The translations under genes were made by a program, and so were the position numbers. Shown here piece after piece: positions 50,851-61,385 of a stretch of DNA of 64,000 nucleotides; position 1 is the stretch's first letter, and each line of letters opens with the position of its first letter. The notes under the pieces were generated by a model. That model made no database searches. It was not told where the DNA came from and worked only from the letters and a program-made list of their open reading frames with translations. Origin of the DNA: Chloroflexia bacterium (lineage in GTDB: Bacteria > Chloroflexota > Chloroflexia > QHBQ01 > JADMIH01); assembly GCA_035474135.1 (NCBI GenBank), contig DATINP010000033.1, positions 2,334 to 66,333 on the forward strand, in the 5' to 3' direction.

Positions 50851-53004
50851 TTATTTTACGGCTATTTGCTCTTTCCTGTAGAACTCCAGGGTATCGCCTT
50901 CCTCGAAGTCGTTGAAGTTGGTCAGCGAGATGCCGCACTCGTAGCCCTGAGCCACGTCGCGTACATCGTCCTTGAACCTCTTGAGGGCCGAGACCGTGCC
51001 ATCATAGATGACAGCGCCGTTCCTCAGTAAGCGTACCTGTGCGTTGCGCGTGGCCTTGCCTTCAGTTACGATCAAGCCAGCGGCCTGCTCGTTCTTCGGG
51101 AGGCGGAAGACCGCACGCACTTCGGCGTAGCCGTCGGTTACGTCGTGGAATGTCGGCTCAAGCAGACCCTTCATTGCCAGCTCGATGTCCTCCGACAACT
51201 TATAGATGATATCGTAGAACCTGATTTCGATGCGGTTCTTGTCGGCTGCCCGCTTCGCGGCGGCATCAGGCCGTACGTTGAACCCAACGATAATCGCGCT
51301 TGAAGCGACGGCCAGCGCCACGTCCGACTCGGTGATCCCGCCCGTTCCACGGTGCAGGATTGACACCTTCACGTCCTCGTTGGTCAGCTTCTGTAAGGTC
51401 TGCGTAATCGCTTCCAGCGAACCTTGCACGTCGGCTTTGAGGATAAGGCGTAATTCTTTTACCTTGCCGGCCTGTATCTGGGCGAACAGGTCGTCCAGGT
51501 TCACGGACTTGATGCTCTGGGCTGCTTCCTCGAACCGGCGAATACGCGCCCTCTGATCAGCGATCTCTTTCGCTGTAGTTTCGTCGGGCGCTACTACTAG
51601 CGTATCACCCGCCTGGGGCACACCCGATAGGCCAAGTATTTCTGCCGGGGTCGATGGTTCTGCTTTACGCAGCTTGCGACCCTTGTCGTCTTGCATAGCC
51701 CTTACACGGCCCCAGGTCGCCCCTGCCACGACATAATCGCGCAGATTGAGCGTGCCGTTGCCGATAAGCACGGTAGCAATTGGACCACGGTTTCTGTCCA
51801 TCTCGGCTTCGACTATAGTGCCTGTGGCGCGCCTCTGTGGGCTGGACTGCAGGTCGCCCAGTTCTGCCACCAGCAGGATCGTCTCCAACAGGTCCTGTAT
51901 GCCGGTGCCTGCGCGGGCCGATACCTTGATATACTCGGTATCGCCTCCCCACTGGGTCGGCACAAGGCCCTGATCCGAAAGCTGGGTCATTACACGGTCA
52001 GGGTTGGCTTCCTCGCGATCCATCTTGTTGATAGCAACCACGATAGGCACGTTGGCAGCCTGTGCATGGGCCAATGCCTCCAGTGTCTGGGGCATAACTC
52101 CGTCGTCTGCCGCCACCACCAGCACAACGATGTCCGTGATCTGGGCGCCGCGGGCGCGCATGGCTGTAAAGGCTTCGTGGCCCGGTGTGTCCAGGAACGT
52201 GATCTTCTTGCCCTGCAACTCGACCTGGTATGCACCGATGTGCTGGGTGATGCCACCTGCCTCGGTGGCGATCACGTTAGCTGAGCGGATGGTATCGAGC
52301 AGTTTGGTCTTGCCGTGGTCTACATGGCCCATGATAGTAACCACGGGCGGACGCAATGATTGCCTGCTTGTATCTGCCGCTTCCTGTTCGGCGGTCAGCA
52401 ATTCTCCCAGGTCTTCTTCTACTTCCAGTTTGGCTTCGGTTACTTCGTAACCCATGCCGATAGCAGCTATTGCAGCCGTTTCATAGTCAATTTGCTGGTT
52501 GATCGTGGCGAGTACCCCGTGCTTGATCATTTCGGCGATCACTTTTGTGGGGTTCACGTTCATCAGTTCGCCAAGCTCTTTGACGGTTAAATAGGGCGGA
52601 ATAGCTACTTTGGGCGTAGGGCGTTCCACACCCAGGCCAAGCCCGCGTGCGGCCCCGAAGCCACGAGTAGAGGCTGCCGCGCCGCCACCGCCACCTCGGA
52701 AGCCGCCTCTGCCGCCCCCGAAGCGATTGCTGCCGCCGTTTTGCCCACCGAATCCGGGTCGAGCCCCACCGCCGCCTGGGCCGGTCCTGTTAAAGCCGCC
52801 TGGGCGGGCTGCACCGCCCCTCGCCGGGGGTCGTCCCCCGCTAGGGCGTCCGGGTGCTCCCGGGCCACCGCCCGGCCTGCCACGTCCCGGTGTGCGCGGT
52901 GTGCGCCCAGGACCACTCGCTTCTTCTTCCGGCGTATCATCGCCTGCACCTGCATCACGTCCGCTAGTGGGCGCAACAACTACGTAATCTATTTTCTTTG
53001 GCAT
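50851..53004 (-). CDS. infB: translation initiation factor IF-2 with Gly/Arg/Pro-rich N-terminal region
   Basis: G-domain motifs [19 protein letters not shown](R/K); C-terminal beta-barrel domains; 717 aa. Confidence 0.95.
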   Translation of the reverse strand: MPKKIDYVVVAPTSGRDAGAGDDTPEEEASGPGRTPRTPGRGRPGGGPGAPGRPSGGRPPARGGAARPGGFNRTGPGGGGARPGFGGQNGGSNRFGGGRGGFRGGGGGAAASTRGFGAARGLGLGVERPTPKVAIPPYLTVKELGELMNVNPTKVIAEMIKHGVLATINQQIDYETAAIAAIGMGYEVTEAKLEVEEDLGELLTAEQEAADTSRQSLRPPVVTIMGHVDHGKTKLLDTIRSANVIATEAGGITQHIGAYQVELQGKKITFLDTPGHEAFTAMRARGAQITDIVVLVVAADDGVMPQTLEALAHAQAANVPIVVAINKMDREEANPDRVMTQLSDQGLVPTQWGGDTEYIKVSARAGTGIQDLLETILLVAELGDLQSSPQRRATGTIVEAEMDRNRGPIATVLIGNGTLNLRDYVVAGATWGRVRAMQDDKGRKLRKAEPSTPAEILGLSGVPQAGDTLVVAPDETTAKEIADQRARIRRFEEAAQSIKSVNLDDLFAQIQAGKVKELRLILKADVQGSLEAITQTLQKLTNEDVKVSILHRGTGGITESDVALAVASSAIIVGFNVRPDAAAKRAADKNRIEIRFYDIIYKLSEDIELAMKGLLEPTFHDVTDGYAEVRAVFRLPKNEQAAGLIVTEGKATRNAQVRLLRNGAVIYDGTVSALKRFKDDVRDVAQGYECGISLTNFNDFEEGDTLEFYRKEQIAVK

Positions 53005-53128
53005 TTAATACCTCCTTGATCGCAGATCAGGGATCCAGGACCGTAAGTCGAAGTTTGTAATTAACTGAATAGTAGATATTGTTATTTACCTCCGGCACAT
53101 AAGCTACGATCTTCGATTCGCGGCCTTA

Positions 53129-53428
53129 TCACTCGTCCGCAATCCCCTCTCCATATGCTTGCAATGCGGCTTTATCTTCTGCCGTAATTGCCGTTTTTAG
53201 TGCGTATTCCAGCACTTTACCTTTTAATGCTTTATCCCAACATTCTCTTGACTTATGCAGGTAGGCTCCCCTGCCTGCCTTCTTGCCTGTTTCATCCACT
53301 TCAACTGTACCGGTTGCGGTTCGTACCACCCGCACCAGACCCCGTTTAGCCTCAGTGCTGCGGCAGGCCACGCAGGTGCGCTGCGGCACGTGTTTGGGTC
53401 GTGGTTGCTTTGCTGTTTTTGCGCTCAT
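53129..53428 (-). CDS. ylxR: YlxR-family (DUF448) RNA-binding protein of the nusA-infB operon
   Basis: RTCVACRSTEAKRGLVRVV...GRGAYLH signature; position between nusA and infB. Confidence 0.8.
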   Translation of the reverse strand: MSAKTAKQPRPKHVPQRTCVACRSTEAKRGLVRVVRTATGTVEVDETGKKAGRGAYLHKSRECWDKALKGKVLEYALKTAITAEDKAALQAYGEGIADE

Positions 53429-53456
53429 CCTCTACTTCTTTTCACCTGAACTTGCA

Positions 53457-54674
53457 CTAGGCTTCCGCTTCGACCTCTGCGGCTACATGTTCGACCTGCA
53501 ACTCCTGGTCGTCTTCAACAGGTTCGCCTGTTACGTAGCCGTTCTCATCTATGGCGTGACCATTATTAGCCGCTTCGGCCCTCAGCATATCGACCGCGCG
53601 GCGCGCCAGTTCTTCGTCGTCCATCTCTTCCGAATCTTCGTCCGAAAGGGCGCTCTTGATGTCAATTCTCCAACCTGTTAGCTTGGCAGCGAGACGAGCG
53701 TTCTGCCCTTCTTTGCCTATCGCTAGTGACAGCATTCTTTCTGGGACGAGCACAGACGCTGTCTTGTGTTCCTCGTTGAGTTCGACCGACAGCACCTGAG
53801 CCGGCGATAGGGCGTTCGCGATGTACACGGACATATCCGGGTCCCAGAGCACCACGTCTATTTTCTCGCCGCCCAGTTCGTCCACAATCTTCTGGATGCG
53901 CTGGCCTTTCATGCCCACGCACGACCCTACAGGGTCAACGTTGGCCTGGCGTGCGGCCACCGCTACTTTCGAGCGCATACCCGACTCGCGGGCGATGCTC
54001 TTGATCTCGACAGCGCCACTGTGTATCTCCGGCACTTCAAGTTCGAACAAACGCCGCAAGAAAGCGCGGTCGGCGCGCGATACGATTAGCTGCGGTCCCT
54101 TCTGGTTCTTCTGCAACACTTCCAGCAAAAGCACTCGCATACGAGTGCCTGATCGGTATCGCTCGCTCTTTACCTGGTCCTTGGGCTGGAGAATAGCTTC
54201 TGCCCTCCCCACTTCCAAAATCCAGTTGCCGTTCTGGTCCTGGCGTTGCAGGTTTGCAAGCACAATATCGCCTTCGCGGTCACTGAACTCGCCTACCACG
54301 CGGTCGCGCTCGGCCTCGCGTATCCTCTGCATAACCACCTGCTTGGCGGTCTGCGCGGCAATTCTGCCAAAGTCGGCAGGCGTGGTCTCTTTTTCAAGCA
54401 TGTCGCCGACCTGGGCTTCCGGGTTGGTAGAACGTGCCTCGTCAAGCGACACCTCTGTGGATGGATCTTCTACTTCGAGGGCCACGGTGCGCCGCTCAAA
54501 CACGCGAGCATCTCCTGATTGCAGGTCCAATTTCACGGCCACGTTCTGGTCGGTACCGGCGATACGCCTGTATGCGGTTATTATTGCGTCCTCGATACCC
54601 CGCAAAATAGCTTCGCGGGAAATATTGCGTTCTGATGCTATCTGGTTTATAGCGGCATAAAGATCACTCTTCAT
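53457..54674 (-). CDS. nusA: transcription termination/antitermination factor NusA
   Basis: N-terminal RNAP-binding domain, S1 and two KH domains (GxxG boxes); 405 aa. Confidence 0.95.
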   Translation of the reverse strand: MKSDLYAAINQIASERNISREAILRGIEDAIITAYRRIAGTDQNVAVKLDLQSGDARVFERRTVALEVEDPSTEVSLDEARSTNPEAQVGDMLEKETTPADFGRIAAQTAKQVVMQRIREAERDRVVGEFSDREGDIVLANLQRQDQNGNWILEVGRAEAILQPKDQVKSERYRSGTRMRVLLLEVLQKNQKGPQLIVSRADRAFLRRLFELEVPEIHSGAVEIKSIARESGMRSKVAVAARQANVDPVGSCVGMKGQRIQKIVDELGGEKIDVVLWDPDMSVYIANALSPAQVLSVELNEEHKTASVLVPERMLSLAIGKEGQNARLAAKLTGWRIDIKSALSDEDSEEMDDEELARRAVDMLRAEAANNGHAIDENGYVTGEPVEDDQELQVEHVAAEVEAEA

Positions 54675-54786
54675 CGAAGCCCTCCATACGACAAAAAAAG
54701 TGGGGGTGGCCCACTTTTAGAGCGTTACACAAATTGTTTCGGCCCTCACCCAATCCTAAGAAGGGGCGCTACCTATATATATTATA

Positions 54787-57081
54787 CTACTTTTGGCCCT
54801 CTTCTACAATATTTACCGCCCTGAAACCCACGGTCAACACGCGCTGATCAGGCGAGCCTGGATCGAGAGAAGCGGGCGTTTGGCCTGCCTCCGGCGTTGT
54901 TATGTCAACTTGCGTTATCCCGGCCTGCCAGGTGCGCGTTGGGGTCTCTATAGACACATAATCGCCCACAGGCACCACCCCAATATACAGCGTTTCTGCT
55001 CCCACTGCCAGCAGCGCATGTCTCGACGTGCCAAGCGCCGTGCCCTCCAGATGAAGACTGCCCGTGATCGTGTGCGGAGCGAACACGCACAGGGCGGCGT
55101 GTCCCTCCTGTACCCACCGGAAGGGCTGCCCACCCGACTGCTCAATGGGGTACCACCCTGCGCCTATGTGGAACGACGCACCGGCACTAGTCAGGTCTTC
55201 GGACTTCACGGTGTGAATATCCAGATAGTCCCCCGCGAAGATAAGCTTATCGGGCTGCTCTACCTGGCTTAATATCTGTTGGTAGGCCACTAGCTCGTTC
55301 TCAGGCACCGAATCGTCGGCGCGCCCGCTCAGGCTGGTATAAAGGGATATGTAGCGTATCCCGTAGAAGTTCAGCACATCAAGCGGCTTGTTCACTACCA
55401 GGGGCGAGGCAATGTCCACGCGAGGCACATCGAGGGGCGAGATGAAGCCCCAGAAAGCGCTGCACGAGTCGATGATAGGGCTGTCGTAATTCCTGGATAG
55501 ATAGCCCGCCATGATCGGCTTGTCGTGTACTGTTTGCAGGAGCATCCGCCGTCCTGTCGTCTCTGACTGCTGAGTAGCAAAAGGCAATTCCATCAGCCCG
55601 CCGTCAGGTGAATGCGTCAGGGTCGTATATGCCCGGTAGAAAGGTAGGCGGTCCACTGTCTCCATAAAGCGCGGGTGTATGGGCAGTTCCACCAGCAGAC
55701 CAATCACCACAAGCCCTAGCACAATGCCCGTGCGTCCGCCCGGCTTTGCGACCCGTCGCAAGAGCCACACCAGTCCCCACCCCGCGAGCACGCCCATGCA
55801 CAGCCGAGCCAGCACAACAAATCGCTCCGGCTTGGCGATAGCGTCCATGCCGGGCAAGCCCTCGAACATTGCAAAGGGCAGGGGGATGCCCGTATTGTTG
55901 CGCGCCACTTGCAGCACAGGGCCAAGCGCGAGCAGAAGCGCCAGCACCATCAACCCGGTCCAGAAGCGCGCCGATGGCCTGCGCCACATTACAATCGCGC
56001 CCAGCAGCGCCAGCGCGAGCGCTATATAGCCTAATCCCACATAGTCATGCAAAGGAGGCTCATTTAACCCCGGATTGTCCTGCCATGTCCCAAATACCAG
56101 GTGGTCGTGCGGAGGGGCAACAAAGCTGAGAAGGTCGGCAGAGTGGGTTAGCCTGTGCTCGGGGTCGGCGGCGACCGCGAGGCGGGGGTCGTTATGATCA
56201 CGCGCCAGCCCTACTGCGAGGGGCAACAGCAATACAAGTGCCGTAACTACCGCCAACGAGGCAGGTGCGACCATGTCCTTCAGCACCAACCAGGGCGACC
56301 TGTATCGAAGCCCGATCACTAGCCTGTAGAGCACGAGCGCCACGCTGAATAGCACCAGGTATACGGCATAATAGAGACTGCTGTAAGCAGCCAGCGCAAG
56401 GAAAACCCCTGCCAACAAGCCGAACTTCCAGCGCCCCCTGTCACGTACATCGGGCGTCCAGCGTCCGTCGCCCACCGTCGCGCGCATCCACATCTCGGCG
56501 TACAGAGGCATCCACTGTAAGGAGAGGACCTCGGGCTGGCCCTTCAGCGCGTCCAGTGTGTAAGGGGTAAAGGCGAACACCAACCCACCAAGAAACGCCG
56601 CTACGTAGCGCGGGTCGAATCGCAACGAATGCGAAGCTACCGGCGCATCCTGCTCGCCTCCGCCCGAACCCAACACGTACAGTACCAGCCGAAACGCACC
56701 GTACCCCGAAAGCGTAAAGCCGAGGAGCAACACGGTGTTGTACGCGGCAGGTAGGCCGAGCAACAGTTGCGGTATCAGCCCCAGCAGACAGAGTGGCAAT
56801 GCCAGAGTGTGGTAGTAAAGGTCTGTACCGTACGGATAATAGAGAAGGTCTGTGTGGAACGGGTTAGTAAAATGCAGAAGGCTCTCTTTTGTCCACCACA
56901 GGTTCCACAGGTTCTGGTCGCGATCGGCGGTAAGGTCGCCAGGCACACCCGTTGTAAAGTGCAGAATAACCGGATAGGTGACCACAAGAGCCAGCAGAAA
57001 ATATCCCAGCAAGCCGAGCCAATGCGCCCGCGCCCCGGCCCACGCTCGCTTGGTCTGGCCGCCCTCGAAGTCACTAGTCAT
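54787..57081 (-). CDS. large polytopic membrane protein of unknown function (GT-C/YfhO-like architecture, tentative)
   Basis: 764 aa with more than 12 TM helices and a C-terminal soluble domain; no diagnostic motif recognised. Confidence 0.35.
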   Translation of the reverse strand: MTSDFEGGQTKRAWAGARAHWLGLLGYFLLALVVTYPVILHFTTGVPGDLTADRDQNLWNLWWTKESLLHFTNPFHTDLLYYPYGTDLYYHTLALPLCLLGLIPQLLLGLPAAYNTVLLLGFTLSGYGAFRLVLYVLGSGGGEQDAPVASHSLRFDPRYVAAFLGGLVFAFTPYTLDALKGQPEVLSLQWMPLYAEMWMRATVGDGRWTPDVRDRGRWKFGLLAGVFLALAAYSSLYYAVYLVLFSVALVLYRLVIGLRYRSPWLVLKDMVAPASLAVVTALVLLLPLAVGLARDHNDPRLAVAADPEHRLTHSADLLSFVAPPHDHLVFGTWQDNPGLNEPPLHDYVGLGYIALALALLGAIVMWRRPSARFWTGLMVLALLLALGPVLQVARNNTGIPLPFAMFEGLPGMDAIAKPERFVVLARLCMGVLAGWGLVWLLRRVAKPGGRTGIVLGLVVIGLLVELPIHPRFMETVDRLPFYRAYTTLTHSPDGGLMELPFATQQSETTGRRMLLQTVHDKPIMAGYLSRNYDSPIIDSCSAFWGFISPLDVPRVDIASPLVVNKPLDVLNFYGIRYISLYTSLSGRADDSVPENELVAYQQILSQVEQPDKLIFAGDYLDIHTVKSEDLTSAGASFHIGAGWYPIEQSGGQPFRWVQEGHAALCVFAPHTITGSLHLEGTALGTSRHALLAVGAETLYIGVVPVGDYVSIETPTRTWQAGITQVDITTPEAGQTPASLDPGSPDQRVLTVGFRAVNIVEEGQK

Positions 57082-57321
57082 AGCCCGCTCATATTAGCAA
57101 ATGTACCGCCGGGGCACAAGACGCTCGGCGAGCATCGCAACTGAGCGAGGCATGTAAATTTGTTCATCAAATTGTAAGAATTGAACTGTATGCTTATTAT
57201 TGCAATATAGTTGCAGTTATTAGTGGACTTCAAAAACCGAGTCGCTCTGGAGCTAATCCTCTAATGGCAATGGACCTATATGACATGCATAGGGTCTGCT
57301 TGACCATAAGGCACTGTCGTA

Positions 57322-60300
57322 TTGCCACCTATACCAGGTGCCCGAGGACAGACAAGAGAACAGGGGTTGAATATGGGTACAACACTTCAGCAGCCACCTA
57401 CCTCGGAGCGGCACGAAAATAGTGCCGACGGCCCGCTGATGCCCAGCGATGTTGGCACGACCAAACCTATCCCCATCCCTATTGCAAAGGTAAGAAGCCG
57501 AAGCAAGCGCATCTGGTTTGATGTGCCCTTCATGCTTGTCATGCTCATATTGGGCGCATCGGTATTATCGGGAGACAACAACGTTGAAGGCGGGTTATTA
57601 GGTTGGCGTGCCGCTTTACTCCTCTTCTATACTTTCGCCATAGTCCTGAACATTATCCACGGAATCACGCAAGTCAACGCTCTTGATGCTCCTTTTTGGA
57701 AGGGCAGAACCCTGCTCGGCATCACCAATGTCGCGTTCGATCTACTCTTTGCGCTTGGCTTAGTTCTGCTACATGCGCAAGATGAGACTATCATGCTCGC
57801 AATGGTGCTGGCGCTTGCAAGCACCAGATTGCTCGAACAGATCGCCATGCGACCGGCATCTTTTGTGGTCCTATCTGCAGCACTGGCCGGCGCTCTTTTT
57901 GACATTTATCGCTCTCTCGATACATCTGTGCCCGCGCTGCCGGCAATGCAACATATAGAGATCCTGATCACCATTGCAATCTTCTTGATCCTGGGCTACG
58001 TGGTGCGCCAGCGCGCGCTAGTTCACGACGGCAAACTCAGCAGGATATTAGACCGGGCCCGTATGCATGCTGATTTCAATGCTGAAGCCATGCCCAGGCA
58101 GATATTGCGCAATACCCTGCTCCAGGGCAGCATCAAAGCCATCAACTCAGCAGTTGAGCTAGACGACGTATTGATGATGATAGTCAACAACGCAGTACGT
58201 GTGCTGAAGGGTGAGCAAAGCACCATCGGACTTATAGACGAAGAGAGTGGCGACCTCGTTGTCCGGTGTGCAACCGGAATAAACAGCACGCAATTGACAG
58301 GAAGGCATTTCCTCCCAGGGGTCGGAGTAGCGGGTTGGGTAATAAAGAATGGTCAACCGGCCTTGATCAATGATGTCTCTATCGATCCTCGATATATCAG
58401 GCCAGTTGGTGACAAGGCAATCGGGCGAAACACACGTAGTCTTGTGTGCGTGCCTCTAATTATTGAGCAGAAGGTTATAGGGGCACTCAGCGTCACGCAC
58501 TCACTTCCGAACGTCCTCACAGAAGATGACCAGGATCTTATAGCCAGCTTTGCCGAAGAAGCAGCCCTGGCCGTGTACAAGAGCCAATTGCTCAGCAAGC
58601 TCACTCACCAACGCAACGAGCTTGCCAGGCGCGAAGAATTGATCGTGGGCCTCAGTCAAATCACCCAGAGTGTGCTCAGCAGCCTGGACCTGCCCCTGGT
58701 GCTCAATACCATTATTTCACGCATGGGCGAACTGGCCCGATTTGACCACGCACTTATCTACTTGCGCAGCGAACGCACAGGTGAACTTCAATTGGCTGCA
58801 GTAGGTGGCGATGGACCATATGCCGCAAGTATGGAACTCCGGGAAGGGACACCCGTGCTGGAGTGGTGGAATGAAACGTCAAGCTCGCGTGTGTTTAAGT
58901 GGCAAGCAGATAATTTGTCTTTGCTCTGCCTGCGGCTGGTAAACGACGGCGAATCAGTCGGTTGCATCCTGCTTGCCCACAAGACAGACATCCCATTCAG
59001 CAAAGAAGAGTTTGACGCAGTTGCAAAGATGGCGGATGCCGCCACAATTGCCATAATCAAAGCAAGACTGTTCAGTCAGGTCACCGCCCAACAGCAACAA
59101 ACGTCAGCCCTGTATCGCTTGATGCTGGGAGTGAACGGGGCACGCAACCGTCGAGAGTTGGCCCAGATAGTGACCACAAGGTTACACAAGTTCACAGGAG
59201 CGAAATCCACGGCGCTGCTCATGGAAGATTACGAACAATCACGTATTACGATCTGGGCATCAGAGGGAGAGTGGGCACGCAAAGATGCCTCTCATGTATC
59301 GCTTTCGACGCAGGGTGACCCTTTCATTGGCAGTACAATATCGGCCCTCTTTGAAGCCGATCCCTTCGATTTGCTCGTAATTGAAGACGCACCTGTACAG
59401 GTGAAGGTCGCTTATGGCTGCAATAACTGCATGACCATCCCTTTCTCCAATAGCAACCGCATCTATGGCTTGCTTGTAATCGAGTTGCAGGATTACACCT
59501 TAATGACTGAAGAAGCCAAGGAAATGGTGCGCCTTGCGGTTTCCCATAGCACAGTTGCCCTGGAAAGAGCAGAATTATTCGAAGCGACAGTGCTGTCTAT
59601 GCGCCAGTCCAGTATGTTATATACAATTGCTACCCAGGTGCGCGCTTCCACTGATATTGCATCAGTGGTAGAGATGACGGTACAGGGCGCGTTGAATGCG
59701 CTCCCTCTTCAATCATGCGAACTATATCTTCTGGAGGGCAATGGCGAGCAACTAAAATTGCACAACCGGGTGATTGCACATAACACTAATGAAGATAATT
59801 TGGCTCTTGGACCCGAGACAGTATCTCTGCTTACTGATCCTCTGCTGGTTGATGTGCTTCGCTCTCCAGGATTGATCCAGGCGGATTTTGGCGGCTCGTT
59901 CCTTCCTGTTCGCCGCAGCACAGGCCAGAATATGTGGCATGACACACCTAGCCAGAACTCGCCAGGGCTGCCGGAGCGGCCTCAGGTGCTACTAGCACGC
60001 TTGATGGGAACAGAAGAGGCCCTTGGCGTGGTACGTTTTACAGCAAGGATACCTCCCGAAGAATTCGTACATAACTACTCTACCTTCTGTCAAACACTGC
60101 TGACGCATACGGGGGCCGCGCTCGAACGTAGCTTCCTGTACGAACAACTGCTGGACAGGAAACAGGAAATCGAAGCGGTAGTCCTTTCTATCAGCGACGG
60201 CGTAGTTGTTATAGATGCCGACCTCAATGTGCTAATCAATAACGACCTGGCCTCCAAGTTGCTTGGCTTGTCTGATGTCCAGGAGAACTCAAAGGCGCTT

Positions 60301-61257
60301 GTAGACATCCTTCATGAAGTCGATCTGCTCACCATGCTACGGGGTTGCATCGCTGACTACAAACCAAGTAGCAAAGAAGTGGAGTTGGCGCTGGACGGTA
60401 GTTTACGTGCTTACGCGGCCACAGCGCAACCGATTCTGAGTACCCATGAGGGGGCTATTCTGGGAGCGGTGCTCACGCTACGAGACGTCACGGAAGAACG
60501 AGAAAATGAGAAAGCCAAGTCTGACTTCCTCTCAATGGTCTCGCACGAGTTGCGCACACCTCTTAATTCAATCTACGGCTTCCTCGCCATCATACTATCC
60601 GGCAAGGCCGGTCCGCTCAGCGATCTACAGACAGACTTCCTGAGCACCGCCAAACAGGAGGCATCGGTCCTCAAGCGACTCATCAACGACCTGATAGACT
60701 ACTCAAGATTGGAGAAGCGCTTACTTCGCATGGAGATGGCGCCGGTTGACTTCTCTTCGCTGGCGACCCGTGTGATACGCAGCGCTTCCGCCAGGATGGA
60801 GCAGGATGAGCTAACCCTTGCCAGCCATATACCTAATGGGATGATGGTGCTAGGGGACGAGGTGCGCTTGCAACAGGTTTTTGATAACCTCCTGGAAAAT
60901 GCCGCCAAGTTCACCGATCCCGGAGGCGAGGTCTCCTTCCACTGCGACGCTGAAGAAGGGCGCATCAAGATACGGGTCATTGACAGCGGTTGTGGCATTC
61001 CGCAATCGCAGATCGACTCTATATTCGAGCGTTTCTTCCAGGCCGACAATCATTCCAGCCGTCGCAGGCAGGGCCAGGGTCTCGGACTTGCTATATGCAA
61101 ACATATAGTCGAGGCCCACGGGGGATTGATCTGGGCCGAAAGTACAACGGGCGTGGGCACCACGATGTATGTGGAGCTGCCTGTTCTCTCGAAAGATGGA
61201 GAAATGGCTACTCAGTTCTCCGGAGACCTAACATTCGCCGCTCAAAAGCAACAATAG
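57322..61257 (+). CDS. multidomain sensor histidine kinase (N-terminal TM region, several GAF/PAS-like modules, HisKA, HATPase_c)
   Basis: H-box MVSHELRTPLNSIYGF; N, G1 and G2 boxes (NLLENAAKF, DSGCGIP, GQGLGLAICK); 1311 aa; no adjacent response regulator. Confidence 0.85.
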   Translation: MPPIPGARGQTREQGLNMGTTLQQPPTSERHENSADGPLMPSDVGTTKPIPIPIAKVRSRSKRIWFDVPFMLVMLILGASVLSGDNNVEGGLLGWRAALLLFYTFAIVLNIIHGITQVNALDAPFWKGRTLLGITNVAFDLLFALGLVLLHAQDETIMLAMVLALASTRLLEQIAMRPASFVVLSAALAGALFDIYRSLDTSVPALPAMQHIEILITIAIFLILGYVVRQRALVHDGKLSRILDRARMHADFNAEAMPRQILRNTLLQGSIKAINSAVELDDVLMMIVNNAVRVLKGEQSTIGLIDEESGDLVVRCATGINSTQLTGRHFLPGVGVAGWVIKNGQPALINDVSIDPRYIRPVGDKAIGRNTRSLVCVPLIIEQKVIGALSVTHSLPNVLTEDDQDLIASFAEEAALAVYKSQLLSKLTHQRNELARREELIVGLSQITQSVLSSLDLPLVLNTIISRMGELARFDHALIYLRSERTGELQLAAVGGDGPYAASMELREGTPVLEWWNETSSSRVFKWQADNLSLLCLRLVNDGESVGCILLAHKTDIPFSKEEFDAVAKMADAATIAIIKARLFSQVTAQQQQTSALYRLMLGVNGARNRRELAQIVTTRLHKFTGAKSTALLMEDYEQSRITIWASEGEWARKDASHVSLSTQGDPFIGSTISALFEADPFDLLVIEDAPVQVKVAYGCNNCMTIPFSNSNRIYGLLVIELQDYTLMTEEAKEMVRLAVSHSTVALERAELFEATVLSMRQSSMLYTIATQVRASTDIASVVEMTVQGALNALPLQSCELYLLEGNGEQLKLHNRVIAHNTNEDNLALGPETVSLLTDPLLVDVLRSPGLIQADFGGSFLPVRRSTGQNMWHDTPSQNSPGLPERPQVLLARLMGTEEALGVVRFTARIPPEEFVHNYSTFCQTLLTHTGAALERSFLYEQLLDRKQEIEAVVLSISDGVVVIDADLNVLINNDLASKLLGLSDVQENSKALVDILHEVDLLTMLRGCIADYKPSSKEVELALDGSLRAYAATAQPILSTHEGAILGAVLTLRDVTEERENEKAKSDFLSMVSHELRTPLNSIYGFLAIILSGKAGPLSDLQTDFLSTAKQEASVLKRLINDLIDYSRLEKRLLRMEMAPVDFSSLATRVIRSASARMEQDELTLASHIPNGMMVLGDEVRLQQVFDNLLENAAKFTDPGGEVSFHCDAEEGRIKIRVIDSGCGIPQSQIDSIFERFFQADNHSSRRRQGQGLGLAICKHIVEAHGGLIWAESTTGVGTTMYVELPVLSKDGEMATQFSGDLTFAAQKQQ

Positions 61258-61385
61258 TCAGGGCTTGATAGCGCCGTCGCTGGGCCTCCAGTCGGCACAC
61301 GAAAAGGTACCCGCTTAAAAGAAGAGCAGCAGTGGTTGCATACCACTGCTGCTCTTCTTTCTGGTTATTGGATCGTCAGGTTACA

